Shown: one piece after another, positions 1 through 8,754 of the stretch
Layout of the letters: each line of letters starts with the position of its first letter
How positions within the stretch are numbered: the first letter of the stretch is position 1
DNA from: Calditrichia bacterium
GTDB lineage: Bacteria; Calditrichota; Calditrichia; RBG-13-44-9
NCBI GenBank assembly: GCA_037381445.1
Contig: JARRQT010000124.1
Coordinates: 10,493 to 32,170 of the forward strand
Reading direction: 5' to 3'
DNA: 21,678 bases
Translations under genes and position numbers: made by a program
Notes under the pieces: generated by a model
The model's database searches: none
Told to the model about the DNA's origin: nothing
What the model saw: the letters and a program-made list of their open reading frames with translations, nothing else

Positions 1-1
1 A

Positions 2-2182
2 AATATTGCGCTGAACGCTTATCAGAAAAGAAAGCTTAATACAATCGCCCGACTGATAAAGAGCAATCTTACAATTCATGCAGATGTGATGAGGGATGGA
101 AAGTGGACGACCATACAAGCAAAAGCAATAGTGCCGGGAGATATCGTTCATTTGAAAGTTGGCGATGTTGTTCCCGCCGATGCAAAACTGATTGCGGGAG
201 AGTATCTGGAGTGCGACGAATCGGAAATCTCAGGGGACAATGTGTACGTTTCAAAGAAAGTACTGGACGAAGTATTCTCCGGCTCAATCGTAATCAGCGG
301 AGACATGTCAGCGATTGTTACTGCGACCGGCACAGGCACCACATACCGGCGCATCAGCGAATTTCAGGATGAAATGGAAAGGAAGGGCCGTTTTGAGATC
401 TCTCTGAATAAAATCAGCAATTATCTGCTGGTCATTGCCATATTCCTTGCCTTGCTTATTATAATGGTCTCTATGTTCCGGCACATGAATATGATTGAAG
501 CGATACGTTTTGTTGCCTTGTTGGTGGCAGCTTCAGTTCCGGTGGCTCTTTCTGCCATAGCTACCCTGGCACTGACCTTTAACGCAATCGGTCTGGCAAA
601 AAAGGACCTGGTCATAAAAAAACTCTCCGCTTTGGAAAGGCTCTCCGAAATAGATATTCTCTATGCGAACAAAAGCAGCACCCTCACACAAAATACTTTG
701 ACTATTGGCGAAGCGCTACCCGGGCCTGCATTCACCCGGACGGAGGTATATCTCTATAGCCTTCTTTCATGTTACCAGGACAACCACGATCCGGTTGAGG
801 AGGCAATCCTACGGAAAACGAACAGCATTTCCCGGGTCGTGCAGGAAAGCGAAAAATATAATATAAATTATATACTTCCCTTCAATGAGAATCTGATGCG
901 CTCGGAAGCCGAGGGAACCAATGAAAAAGGCGAATATATTAGAATCACCAAAGGAGCGCCGCAGACAATATTTCAGTTGTTGCCGGATAAGAATGACTAT
1001 CTTTCAAAATACCTTCAAATCGTTGAAGAATATGGAAAAATGGGATACAGTATGCTGGCGCTGGCAATTAAAACGAATTCAACCGAATGGCAATTGATTG
1101 GGTTATTGCCGGTGTTTAATTTATTACGCGAAGAAGGAAGGAAGGAAATTGAAACAGCTAAATCCCACGGAGTTTCCATCAGGCTCCTTTCCGATGATAG
1201 CAGCAGCCTGATCAAATATATTTCAAAGAAATTGGGAATGGGAGTCAATCGTCTGTCAGGGAACTCATTCTACAGAATCGCAGCGCACGAATTGAATGAG
1301 AAGGTGGAACAAACAACCTCATTTTCCGAGTTATCCCCCGGGATAAAATATTCCATCATCAATATTATGCAATACACGAAGCACACGGTTGGAATTATCG
1401 GAAAGAAAGCAGGAGATATTCCTGCGCTTCTCAGGGCAGATTCCAGTATCGCAGCCTGCAATGCTGCGGAAGCAGTAAAATATGTATCAATGATTTCCGT
1501 TTTAAAATGCGGTTTGACGCCTATAATTAAAGCCATTGATCAAAGCCGGCAGCTTTTCATTAACGTGAGGAATTATTCTTTATACAGAATTATTGAAACA
1601 ACACGTATTTTGTCATTCATCACACTTAGCTTCTTGCTATTCAGTTTCTTTCCGGTCACTCCCCTTATGCTTGTTCTGCTTATTTTGGTAAATGAGCTCC
1701 CGGCGATTCAGATGATACGGGAGCAGACGACGGATCAGTCGGCAAGACCCAATGATCAAAATTGTCGCAATGTCGTTGGGTTGGGAGTTTTGTTGGGAGC
1801 GATTGGGGTGCTTTCCTCATTTTTCCTTTTTTACCTGGGACAGAATGCATTTCAATTAGCTGCCGGGAAATTGCAGACATTCATGTTTCTGAATTTTGCC
1901 ATCGCAGGCCAATTGACAATTTTCATTGCCAGAACAAAAGAGATTTTCTGGAAAACCAAAATTAATAGCCGGATATGGGGACCGGGGTTTTTAACAAAAA
2001 TTATCATTATTTTTATGGCCGTTTATGGATGGCTCATGCCTTCATTGGGATGGGGGGCAGCTTTGTTCGTTATTGGATTTTCCGCGGCGGCGTTTCTCCT
2101 GAATGAAATTCTTAAGCTTTACTACTACAAAATTTTTCATACAAAAGAAACAACTATCAATTATATTAACAACAGAAGATAA
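2..2182 (+). CDS. P-type ATPase homolog, PIII-A (plasma-membrane H+-ATPase-like), 5'-truncated by window edge, with degenerate catalytic motifs
   Basis: The frame is open from position 2 (NIALNAYQKRKLNTIARLIKSNLTIHADVMRDGKW), so the true start lies upstream. The A-domain IVPGDIV..GDVVPAD, M4 SVPVAL, KGAPQ and the C-terminal TM helices match Pma1/AHA-type ATPases. DKTGT reads NKSST, TGES reads SGDN, TGD reads SDD and GDGVND reads GKKAGD. Confidence 0.9.
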   Translation, partial: NIALNAYQKRKLNTIARLIKSNLTIHADVMRDGKWTTIQAKAIVPGDIVHLKVGDVVPADAKLIAGEYLECDESEISGDNVYVSKKVLDEVFSGSIVISGDMSAIVTATGTGTTYRRISEFQDEMERKGRFEISLNKISNYLLVIAIFLALLIIMVSMFRHMNMIEAIRFVALLVAASVPVALSAIATLALTFNAIGLAKKDLVIKKLSALERLSEIDILYANKSSTLTQNTLTIGEALPGPAFTRTEVYLYSLLSCYQDNHDPVEEAILRKTNSISRVVQESEKYNINYILPFNENLMRSEAEGTNEKGEYIRITKGAPQTIFQLLPDKNDYLSKYLQIVEEYGKMGYSMLALAIKTNSTEWQLIGLLPVFNLLREEGRKEIETAKSHGVSIRLLSDDSSSLIKYISKKLGMGVNRLSGNSFYRIAAHELNEKVEQTTSFSELSPGIKYSIINIMQYTKHTVGIIGKKAGDIPALLRADSSIAACNAAEAVKYVSMISVLKCGLTPIIKAIDQSRQLFINVRNYSLYRIIETTRILSFITLSFLLFSFFPVTPLMLVLLILVNELPAIQMIREQTTDQSARPNDQNCRNVVGLGVLLGAIGVLSSFFLFYLGQNAFQLAAGKLQTFMFLNFAIAGQLTIFIARTKEIFWKTKINSRIWGPGFLTKIIIIFMAVYGWLMPSLGWGAALFVIGFSAAAFLLNEILKLYYYKIFHTKETTINYINNRR

Positions 2183-2226
2183 CGAAGCACCAGAAATCAA
2201 TCGTATTGATAGAGGAGCAATGCATA

Positions 2227-2742
2227 ATGGAAGGCAATAACAGGAACAAAAAGGAGACACCCCGGGAGATTAAATCTCTCATTTCTGATCTGGCAAACAA
2301 AGACGGGCTCATACGCATGAATGCCCGCCAAAAACTTGTCGAAAAGGGGAGTTCATCAATAGATTATCTGGCAGAGTTGCTGGATTCTCCCAAGGACATA
2401 CAAAGGTGGGAGGCCGTTAAGGCACTGGGGCAAATCGGGGATCCCGTTGCAATTCCCCTGCTCATCAATGCCCTGGAAGATGACGACAGTGATGTGCGCT
2501 GGCTGGCGGCTGAGGGGCTGATCCAATTCGGCACCGATTCATTGAGGCCGATACTGGGAGAACTTATGGACCGGTACCATTCCGTATTCCTGCGGGAAGG
2601 GGCCCACCATGTCATACACAATCTGGGTCTGGCACGCATCAAAAACCGGATAGACCCCCTTCTGGCCGCCTTGAAGGATGAGGAAATGATCGATGAAATC
2701 CCTCTGCTTTCTGAAAATATTCTGAAAAGCCTCGAAGAATAA
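2227..2742 (+). CDS. HEAT/PBS-lyase repeat protein
   Basis: Repeats such as QRWEAVKALGQIGDPVAIPLLINALEDDDSDVRWLAAEGL. The ATG at 2227 is preceded by an AGAGGAG RBS (2211-2217) and is preferred over the TTG at 2206. Confidence 0.85.
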   Translation: MEGNNRNKKETPREIKSLISDLANKDGLIRMNARQKLVEKGSSSIDYLAELLDSPKDIQRWEAVKALGQIGDPVAIPLLINALEDDDSDVRWLAAEGLIQFGTDSLRPILGELMDRYHSVFLREGAHHVIHNLGLARIKNRIDPLLAALKDEEMIDEIPLLSENILKSLEE

Positions 2743-2811
2743 TCAGCAGCAATACTTAAAAGCAGGAAAATATTAATATACACATATTTACGAAACCGAG
2801 AAGTTAATTTA

Positions 2812-4158
2812 ATGAAAAACGGACGGAATTCGGGAGCAATTGGCTTTTGGGCTGTGGTAGCCATTGGCATAGGCGGCATGGTCGGCGGCGGAATATTTGC
2901 TGTGCTGGGTCTTGCCGCTCAATTGGCCCACGGGAGCACACCCATCGCATTTCTGTTTGCGGGAATAGTAGCGCTTCTCACCTCCTACTCCTATGCGCGG
3001 TTATCTGTTACCTACCCCAGCCAGGGGGGAACCGTTGAGTTTATTAATCAGGCCTTCGGCACCAGCGTCTTTACCGGCGCCATGAATATTTTGTTGTGGA
3101 TCAGCTATATCATCATGCTGTCGCTTTATGCGTTCGCATTCGGCAGCTATGGGGCAAGTTTCTTCCCTGCTTCCGCCCATCCCCTGGTGAAGCATCTGTT
3201 CATCTCGGGTGTTATCGTTATTCTGACCGGTTTAAATGCTATGGGATCCAGCGTGGTGGGAGAAGCCGAAGAGTGGATTGTGGGTTTCAAGATTGCCATT
3301 CTGATTTTTTTCATCGGGGCCGGATTTTGGACAGTGAGTTATCAGCACCTGGATCCCGGTTCATGGGTGCCATTCCCGCAAATGATTGCCGGAGGAATGA
3401 TTATATTTTTAGCTTATGAGGGTTTTGAGCTCATCGCAAACACCGCCAATGATGTGAAGAATCCCGGCAAGTTATTGCCTCGCGCGTACTACACTTCCAT
3501 AATTTTTGTCATAGTTTTGTACATCCTCGTTTCCCTTGTTACCGTAGGCAATCTATCGATTTCCAAAATAGTCGCCGCAAAAGATTATGCCCTGGCAGAA
3601 AGCGCCAGGCCTTTTCTGGGAAACTACGGTTTTATCTTCATTGCCATAGCCGCTCTTCTTTCCACCGGATCCGCCATCAATGCAACACTCTATGGGACAG
3701 CGCGAATCAGCTATATCATCGCAAAAGACGGCGAGCTTCCTGACATCCTGGAAAGAAAAGTATGGAAACGTCCAATCGAAGGCCTGCTGATAACGGCAGG
3801 TTTTTCCCTGGCCGTAGCCAATTTCTTTGATCTCTCCAGCATTTCCTTAATGGGAAGCGCAGGATTTTTGCTCATCTTCGCGGTAGTCAATGCATCCAAT
3901 ATAAGACTGCATCAGAAAACAGGAAGTCATTTATGGATTTCATGGATAGGATTCATCGCTTGCCTCGCGGCGCTGGCTATCCTGATCCGGCAGACTTTTA
4001 TGCGATCTCCCAATAAAATATGGATCCTGGTTATTATGATTGTTCTGTCATTTGTAATTGAATATATCTATAAAAAATCCACCGGGCGGATCATACAGTC
4101 TGTGGTGCTGCACGATCTGAAACACCCCGAGCAGAAAAAATCGACTCATTTTCTTTAA
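2812..4158 (+). CDS. APC-family amino acid permease (ApcT-like, probably proton-coupled)
   Basis: 448 aa with about 12 TM segments. TM1 GGMVGGGIF, TM6 FLAYEGFE, and a TM5 Lys (IVGFKIAIL) positioned like K158 of MjApcT. Confidence 0.9.
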   Translation: MKNGRNSGAIGFWAVVAIGIGGMVGGGIFAVLGLAAQLAHGSTPIAFLFAGIVALLTSYSYARLSVTYPSQGGTVEFINQAFGTSVFTGAMNILLWISYIIMLSLYAFAFGSYGASFFPASAHPLVKHLFISGVIVILTGLNAMGSSVVGEAEEWIVGFKIAILIFFIGAGFWTVSYQHLDPGSWVPFPQMIAGGMIIFLAYEGFELIANTANDVKNPGKLLPRAYYTSIIFVIVLYILVSLVTVGNLSISKIVAAKDYALAESARPFLGNYGFIFIAIAALLSTGSAINATLYGTARISYIIAKDGELPDILERKVWKRPIEGLLITAGFSLAVANFFDLSSISLMGSAGFLLIFAVVNASNIRLHQKTGSHLWISWIGFIACLAALAILIRQTFMRSPNKIWILVIMIVLSFVIEYIYKKSTGRIIQSVVLHDLKHPEQKKSTHFL

Positions 4159-4159
4159 T

Positions 4160-4176
4160 AGGCCCGAAAGCCTTTT
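4160..4176 (+). terminator. Weak intrinsic terminator after the permease
   Basis: AGGC-CCGAAA-GCCT followed by TTT, immediately after the stop codon. Confidence 0.4.
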
Positions 4177-4187
4177 CTTAAATTTTC

Positions 4188-4216
4188 TTGCATTAAAGCA
4201 GAGAACAAATTAAATT
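4188..4216 (+). promoter_or_regulatory. Sigma70-type promoter for DUF3098 gene and tRNA-Val
   Basis: TTGCAT (4188-4193), 17-nt spacer, TAAATT (4211-4216). Confidence 0.5.
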
Positions 4217-4249
4217 GGACGTTCATTATAAACGTGTAAGAATTGGATT

Positions 4250-4492
4250 ATGGCAAAAGTAAAGACAAAAAAAGCAGAGACCAGCAGCCGCTTTCATTTT
4301 CCGCTGACAAAGACGAATTTTATGATCATCATTCTGGGATTGATTATCCTGATCATTGGCTATATTTTTATGGCAATCCCCACCAATCCGGATGCCTTTC
4401 TCACGCGGACACTGGCTCCCATATTGCTGGTCATCTCATATCTAATAATTATCCCGATCGGATTATTCTACCGGGAAAAGAAAGAAAGTTAA
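4250..4492 (+). CDS. Small two-TM membrane protein, DUF3098-like
   Basis: Basic N-terminus, then FPLTKTNF..GLIILIIGYIFM and TLAPILLVISYLIIIPIGLF, a pattern typical of DUF3098. Confidence 0.75.
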   Translation: MAKVKTKKAETSSRFHFPLTKTNFMIIILGLIILIIGYIFMAIPTNPDAFLTRTLAPILLVISYLIIIPIGLFYREKKES

Positions 4493-4503
4493 TTTTCATT
4501 TGC

Positions 4504-4578
4504 GGGCGCTTAGCTCAGCTGGTTCAGAGCATCGCCCTTACAAGGCGGGGGTCACTGGTTCGAATCCAGTAGCGCCCA
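4504..4578 (+). tRNA. tRNA-Val (anticodon TAC); CCA not encoded
   Basis: Acceptor GGGCGCT/AGCGCCC, D-arm GCTC/GAGC, anticodon arm TCGCC-CTTACAA-GGCGG (TAC at 4539-4541), T-arm ACTGG-TTCGAAT-CCAGT. Discriminator A4578 is followed by CT. Confidence 0.97.
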
Positions 4579-4586
4579 CTCCCCCG

Positions 4587-4615
4587 AACCCTGAGATAGT
4601 TCTCAGGGTTTTTTT
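4587..4615 (+). terminator. Intrinsic terminator after tRNA-Val
   Basis: AACCCTGAGA-TAGT-TCTCAGGGTT, a perfect 10-bp stem, followed by a T run. Confidence 0.9.
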
Positions 4616-4701
4616 ATTCCCTGAAATTTGATGATTCAACTTGACTTGCGGGATATATTCCTGTAAATATTTGAAATCATAAATCATATGAGGAGATTCA
4701 A

Positions 4702-5520
4702 ATGGAATTAGAAAAGATGGAGAGTATAATATCTCAAGCTTATGATAAAAACAGCGAACCGGATGAACCCGTAAAAGCCGCTGTCAGGGAAACCATTGAG
4801 CTGCTCGATAAGGGAAAAATCAGGGTTGCTCAAAAAAATGAAAATGAATGGAAAGTCAATGAGTGGATAAAAAAGGCAATATTACTCTATTTCCGCATAC
4901 AAAAAATGACCAGAATGGAAGCCAGTCCCTTTGAATTTTATGATAAAATTCCGCTTAAAAAGGAATTTGAAATGCAGCAGGTGCGTGTTGTTCCCCCCGG
5001 GGTGGCCCGGTACGGATCATACCTTGCGCCTGGTGTGGTCCTGATGCCCGGTTATGTTAATATCGGGGCGTATGTGGACAGCGGAACTATGGTGGACACC
5101 CACGCTACAGTGGGTTCCTGCGCACAGGTAGGCAGACGAGTTCATCTGGCCGGCGCCGCCCGCATTGGTGGTGTCCTCGAGCCGCCCCAAAGCGCACCGG
5201 TCATTGTAGAAGATGATGCCTTTATCGGCTCTGCGGTTTCTGTGATGGAAGGTGTTATTGTGAGAAAAGAAGCTGTGCTGGGCGCCGGCGTGATTCTCAC
5301 TTCCTCCACCAGAATTCTGGATGTGTCCGGCTCCCGGACTGTGGAACACCGCGGAGAAATTTCGGAACGAGCGGTTGTCATCCCGGGAAGTTATACCAAG
5401 GATTTTCCGGCCGGGAAATTCAATGTGCAATGTGCTCTTATTATCGGAAAAAGAAAGGAATCAACGAATAAGAAAGTTTCTTTAAACCAGGTCCTGCGCG
5501 ACTACAATGTGAATGTGTAA
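4702..5520 (+). CDS. dapD: 2,3,4,5-tetrahydropyridine-2,6-dicarboxylate N-succinyltransferase
   Basis: WKVNEWIKKAILLYF, FYDKIPLK, RVVPPGVARYG, YVNIGAYVDSGTMVD.HATVGSCAQ, IGGVLEP and hexapeptide repeats. GAGGAG RBS upstream. Confidence 0.95.
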   Translation: MELEKMESIISQAYDKNSEPDEPVKAAVRETIELLDKGKIRVAQKNENEWKVNEWIKKAILLYFRIQKMTRMEASPFEFYDKIPLKKEFEMQQVRVVPPGVARYGSYLAPGVVLMPGYVNIGAYVDSGTMVDTHATVGSCAQVGRRVHLAGAARIGGVLEPPQSAPVIVEDDAFIGSAVSVMEGVIVRKEAVLGAGVILTSSTRILDVSGSRTVEHRGEISERAVVIPGSYTKDFPAGKFNVQCALIIGKRKESTNKKVSLNQVLRDYNVNV

Positions 5521-5791
5521 TGTTTTTGTAATCAGAGTGAACACTATTAGTAATACCTTAATTTTAATGTGAATTAAATATGAATTTTTGCAAAGAATAA
5601 CTTTACAACCCAATAACCGACCTTTTAAAATCAAAAAATACTCATAATAAATTCACATAATTTTAACCTTGACATGCTTTTATTTATTGAAAATAATTTA
5701 TTCATTCTACAAGTTAATACCCTTATAATGATGATTATGATTTATTAAAATTTATTTTAATAAAAGATATATAACATAAAAATAATGCATC

Positions 5792-5831
5792 AAAAAATAA
5801 AAACCCGGTAGGCTAAGAATGCCATACCGGG
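5792..5831 (-). terminator. Intrinsic terminator for the thyX/FmdB run
   Basis: Stem CCCGGTAGGC / GCC(A)TACCGGG (5804-5831), flanked on the left by an A-rich run that reads as a U tract on the minus strand. Confidence 0.7.
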
Positions 5832-5902
5832 AATAAACCCTATATATCATTTTTTATTACATATTATGTTTTATCTATTTCTGCTATTTGTGGCCAGCTA
5901 TT

Positions 5903-6130
5903 TTAGGATTTTTTATCTTCACTTTTGTCGGATTGGTTTTTCCCTTTACGCTGATAATCAGTAATATAAAAACCACTTCCCTTAAAAATGAGTCCAGAAC
6001 CTCCGGAAATAGTCAAATGGGCAATCCCATGGCAGACAGGGCACTCCAACTCTTTGCTGTATGAAGATATTGAGCTGAATTTCTCAAACTCATAATCGCA
6101 GGATTTGCAACGATATCGATACGTTGGCAT
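5903..6130 (-). CDS. FmdB-family zinc-ribbon protein (75 aa)
   Basis: MPTYRYRCKSC...CPVC...ISGGSGLIFKGSGFYITDY is the FmdB signature. The ATG at 6130 has a GGAG RBS; the ORF-track extension to 6328 overlaps thyX. Confidence 0.92.
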   Translation of the reverse strand: MPTYRYRCKSCDYEFEKFSSISSYSKELECPVCHGIAHLTISGGSGLIFKGSGFYITDYQRKGKNQSDKSEDKKS

Positions 6131-6188
6131 TTCTCCATCTCCAAATATTAATAATCGTTTATTAGATGTTAAATTACACGAAAAAGTT

Positions 6189-7757
6189 TCACTCTTTGTA
6201 GAAATTTTGATATACCCGGTTAAAATTATCTTTCCCGCACAACAGCGCCCCCGCCAACGGCAGTTGTTTCGTGACGAGATGATGCATTTTTGAACAGATC
6301 TCCCGGATATCCCACTGGGCGTGCTCATCTTCGCGGAGGCGGGTGAAATGATACAATTCCCTCAGGTTAATATTTAACAACACCCTTCTGCGATGCGAAT
6401 TTGTCAGAACATAAGGCGCTATTACGGGATATTGTAAATACAATTTTTCGTATACCTGATTTGTTTGATCTATAATATTCAGAAACAATTTTTCCTGGCC
6501 GGTCTGTTTGACTGAATCAGGGATGGTAACGCCCAGGGATATATCGTAGTCCTGGATATCAATATTGGCCATCCGGTGGCGTTTTAACTGGCCATAATTG
6601 GAAGCGCTTATTATTAGTTCAAAAGTGAATGTTACAAATTCAAATTCTCTCAGAACGCTGTCCCAGGCATTCATATCGCGGTATATTACCCGAAAGAATT
6701 CCTTTTGCTGGTAATCATCCATTTGCTTGATTTCCCGAAGAGCCTGTGAGTATTCCAGTTTTTCGTATTTAAAAAGAACCGCAGCCAGAATCCGTTCATC
6801 TGCATCCCTGGTATAATCAATCAGCCTGGCTTGCGGAGTCCCAGTTGCCGAAGGTTCCGTGTTTTGCCTAATATTTAGTGAAATGAAGTTAAGGGCTTTT
6901 TCTCTTTTCTTGGAAAGGTAATCAGTCGGTTCTACATATTTTATTATGGAAGGAGCAATAACTTTGGAAACATTGAATAATTGCCTTCCAATTTCACGGA
7001 CTTCTGCCAGTGGATGAGAATTTAGTTTGGAAATCATATTCTCAAGACTGCGTGCATTCAGAGTCATTCCCAACTGGGTTTCAGTGGCCAGTGAAATGAG
7101 ATAGCGGGCATCTTCTTTCGCCAAACCCTCCAGGCGCCGCTGTCCCCCCTTTGGTTCTTTTGCCGCATCAGGATAAGTTTCAAAAAAATACGGCTGCAGA
7201 ATCTTATACAATTTCTGGTAGGCTGCGTTTTGTTCTCTTATCAAACCGGTATATTCATTTTCCAGAGTAGAACCCCTGATCTCTTTCGGAATGATAAAAT
7301 CGTCTTTGAACAGAATATAACGCTGTGATTTCTCAGTGTAGGAAGCCAGTCGAAAATGTTCAATGGATTCCACCGCCAGTCGCGAAACACCGAGGATATC
7401 AAAGTTGAAATTTGCATGTTCCGCCACGGAACTATGTCCCAGTCCGAAGATAATGTTTTGATTCGATTTTCTTGCCCGGTCAACTTCCTGTCTGGCAATC
7501 TCCCTCAGTTCATTGACCGGCAACGGATTACGGCTGATTCTTGCATAGGCAGCCGAAATAGTTTCCGGAGTGAGATTATCCCTCTGCAAAAGCTGCAAGG
7601 CTTCCTGATGCAGCTGCTCAAGAATTTTTTCCTTTATCACCGGATCCGAGTGGGAAAATCTCTCCGGTTCCAAATTATCAGCAATCCGTTGGATAAATTG
7701 GCGCAGTTCCCTGATAGTTTCTGTATCTATATTGTAACCGGCTAGAAGGATTTTCAT
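6189..7757 (-). CDS. thyX: FAD-dependent thymidylate synthase, long two-domain form
   Basis: GHSSVAEH, EHFRLASYTEKSQRY, EDARYL and NARSL in the N-half. QLKRHR, NLRELYHFTRLR and HAQWDIR in the C-half. 522 aa. Confidence 0.9.
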   Translation of the reverse strand: MKILLAGYNIDTETIRELRQFIQRIADNLEPERFSHSDPVIKEKILEQLHQEALQLLQRDNLTPETISAAYARISRNPLPVNELREIARQEVDRARKSNQNIIFGLGHSSVAEHANFNFDILGVSRLAVESIEHFRLASYTEKSQRYILFKDDFIIPKEIRGSTLENEYTGLIREQNAAYQKLYKILQPYFFETYPDAAKEPKGGQRRLEGLAKEDARYLISLATETQLGMTLNARSLENMISKLNSHPLAEVREIGRQLFNVSKVIAPSIIKYVEPTDYLSKKREKALNFISLNIRQNTEPSATGTPQARLIDYTRDADERILAAVLFKYEKLEYSQALREIKQMDDYQQKEFFRVIYRDMNAWDSVLREFEFVTFTFELIISASNYGQLKRHRMANIDIQDYDISLGVTIPDSVKQTGQEKLFLNIIDQTNQVYEKLYLQYPVIAPYVLTNSHRRRVLLNINLRELYHFTRLREDEHAQWDIREICSKMHHLVTKQLPLAGALLCGKDNFNRVYQNFYKE

Positions 7758-7796
7758 TCGTTTTCCTGTCTTTGGGATTCAAAATATTTAAATGAA

Positions 7797-8732
7797 TTAA
7801 TTTACCTGCTCTGTTCGGAGTATCTTGTCAAATACTTCAATATGGTCAACCACATCCATTCCTGAAATCACTTTTCCGAAAGCCGTATAGCGGCCGTTCA
7901 GATGGGGCTGAGGCGTGTGTGTGATGAAGAACTGACTGCCTCCGGTGTCTTTGCCTGCGGTTGCCATCCCCACCGTTCCCCGGTCATAAAAAATATCATT
8001 ATATTCGCAGGGAATTGTATATCCGGGTCCGCCCCAACCATCCCCACGAGGATCTCCGGCCTGAACAACGAATCCCGGCACAACCCTGTGAAAATAAATA
8101 TTGTTATAAAATCCTGAATCGGCCAGTTGGACAAAATTGGCTACGGTTACCGGCGCCTTATCCGGAAACAGTTCGATAACGAAACTGCCCTTTGTGGTAT
8201 GAATTTTCAACTTTGGTCTCGTAGTCTTTACGGCCAATTTGAAATCATAACGGATGAGATTTGTCGCCGCTGAATCCGAAAGCGGATATTCTTTTCCTGT
8301 GATATGCCTCAGGGCATGTTGAGCCGCCTTCTGGATGGGCGGAAACGGATTATCGATTTCTCTTTCCAGAAAAGTAACAGCCTTTGCGCTGCCAATGCTA
8401 TCCAGTGCGGCAATGATCGCTTCCATCGGCTCAATATCCCGGGGAGCTCGAAAATTTCCATAAGCATCAATCAAAACCTGTGCTGTTTTACTCTCCCTTG
8501 TAGTCGCCAGACGACCCGCAACTATTGTGGTGATTGCAGGATCGCCCAGTTTTAATTTATTTATCAGAAAAGAGAGGGGAATGCCTTTCCTGTGCGACAA
8601 TGCTTCCAGGGCAAGACTGACCTGAGCGATATTTTGATTATCACTAAGTCTCATCAATAGCCGGGCGGACGAATTACCGTTCAGTTCCTCCAGGGCTTTT
8701 AGGTAATAATAATTCTCTGGCCACTGCGCCTC
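7797..8732 (-). CDS. C-terminal part (HEAT tail plus cyclophilin-type PPIase) of a split HEAT/cyclophilin lipoprotein
   Basis: Cyclophilin motifs [40 protein letters not shown] and [10 protein letters not shown]. The frame is open upstream to a TAA at 8733-8735; the first TTG/ATG is at 8657/8654 with no close RBS. Confidence 0.8.
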   Translation of the reverse strand, partial: EAQWPENYYYLKALEELNGNSSARLLMRLSDNQNIAQVSLALEALSHRKGIPLSFLINKLKLGDPAITTIVAGRLATTRESKTAQVLIDAYGNFRAPRDIEPMEAIIAALDSIGSAKAVTFLEREIDNPFPPIQKAAQHALRHITGKEYPLSDSAATNLIRYDFKLAVKTTRPKLKIHTTKGSFVIELFPDKAPVTVANFVQLADSGFYNNIYFHRVVPGFVVQAGDPRGDGWGGPGYTIPCEYNDIFYDRGTVGMATAGKDTGGSQFFITHTPQPHLNGRYTAFGKVISGMDVVDHIEVFDKILRTEQVN

Positions 8733-8754
8733 TTAAATAGACGAATTAACAATT

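Noticed and set aside
4243..4572. 109-aa plus-strand ORF
   Set aside because: It overlaps the DUF3098-like gene in another frame and runs through the tRNA, with no recognisable motifs.
4504..4620. tRNA-Val as an integration site or island boundary
   Set aside because: No integrase and no duplicate of the tRNA 3' end was seen. It is followed directly by its terminator and the core gene dapD.
5847..5874. dif-like sequence (TTATGTTTTAT resembling the XerD arm); similar partial matches near 5770 and 6165
   Set aside because: No matching XerC arm ending in ATAA at 6-nt spacing. Such matches are expected by chance in AT-rich DNA.
5521..5902. oriC in the AT-rich gap
   Set aside because: No TTATCCACA-type DnaA boxes were seen, and there is no dnaA/dnaN/gidA context.
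6131..6328. 66-aa N-terminal extension of the FmdB protein
   Set aside because: It overlaps the thyX 3' end. The family begins at MPTY, which has its own RBS.
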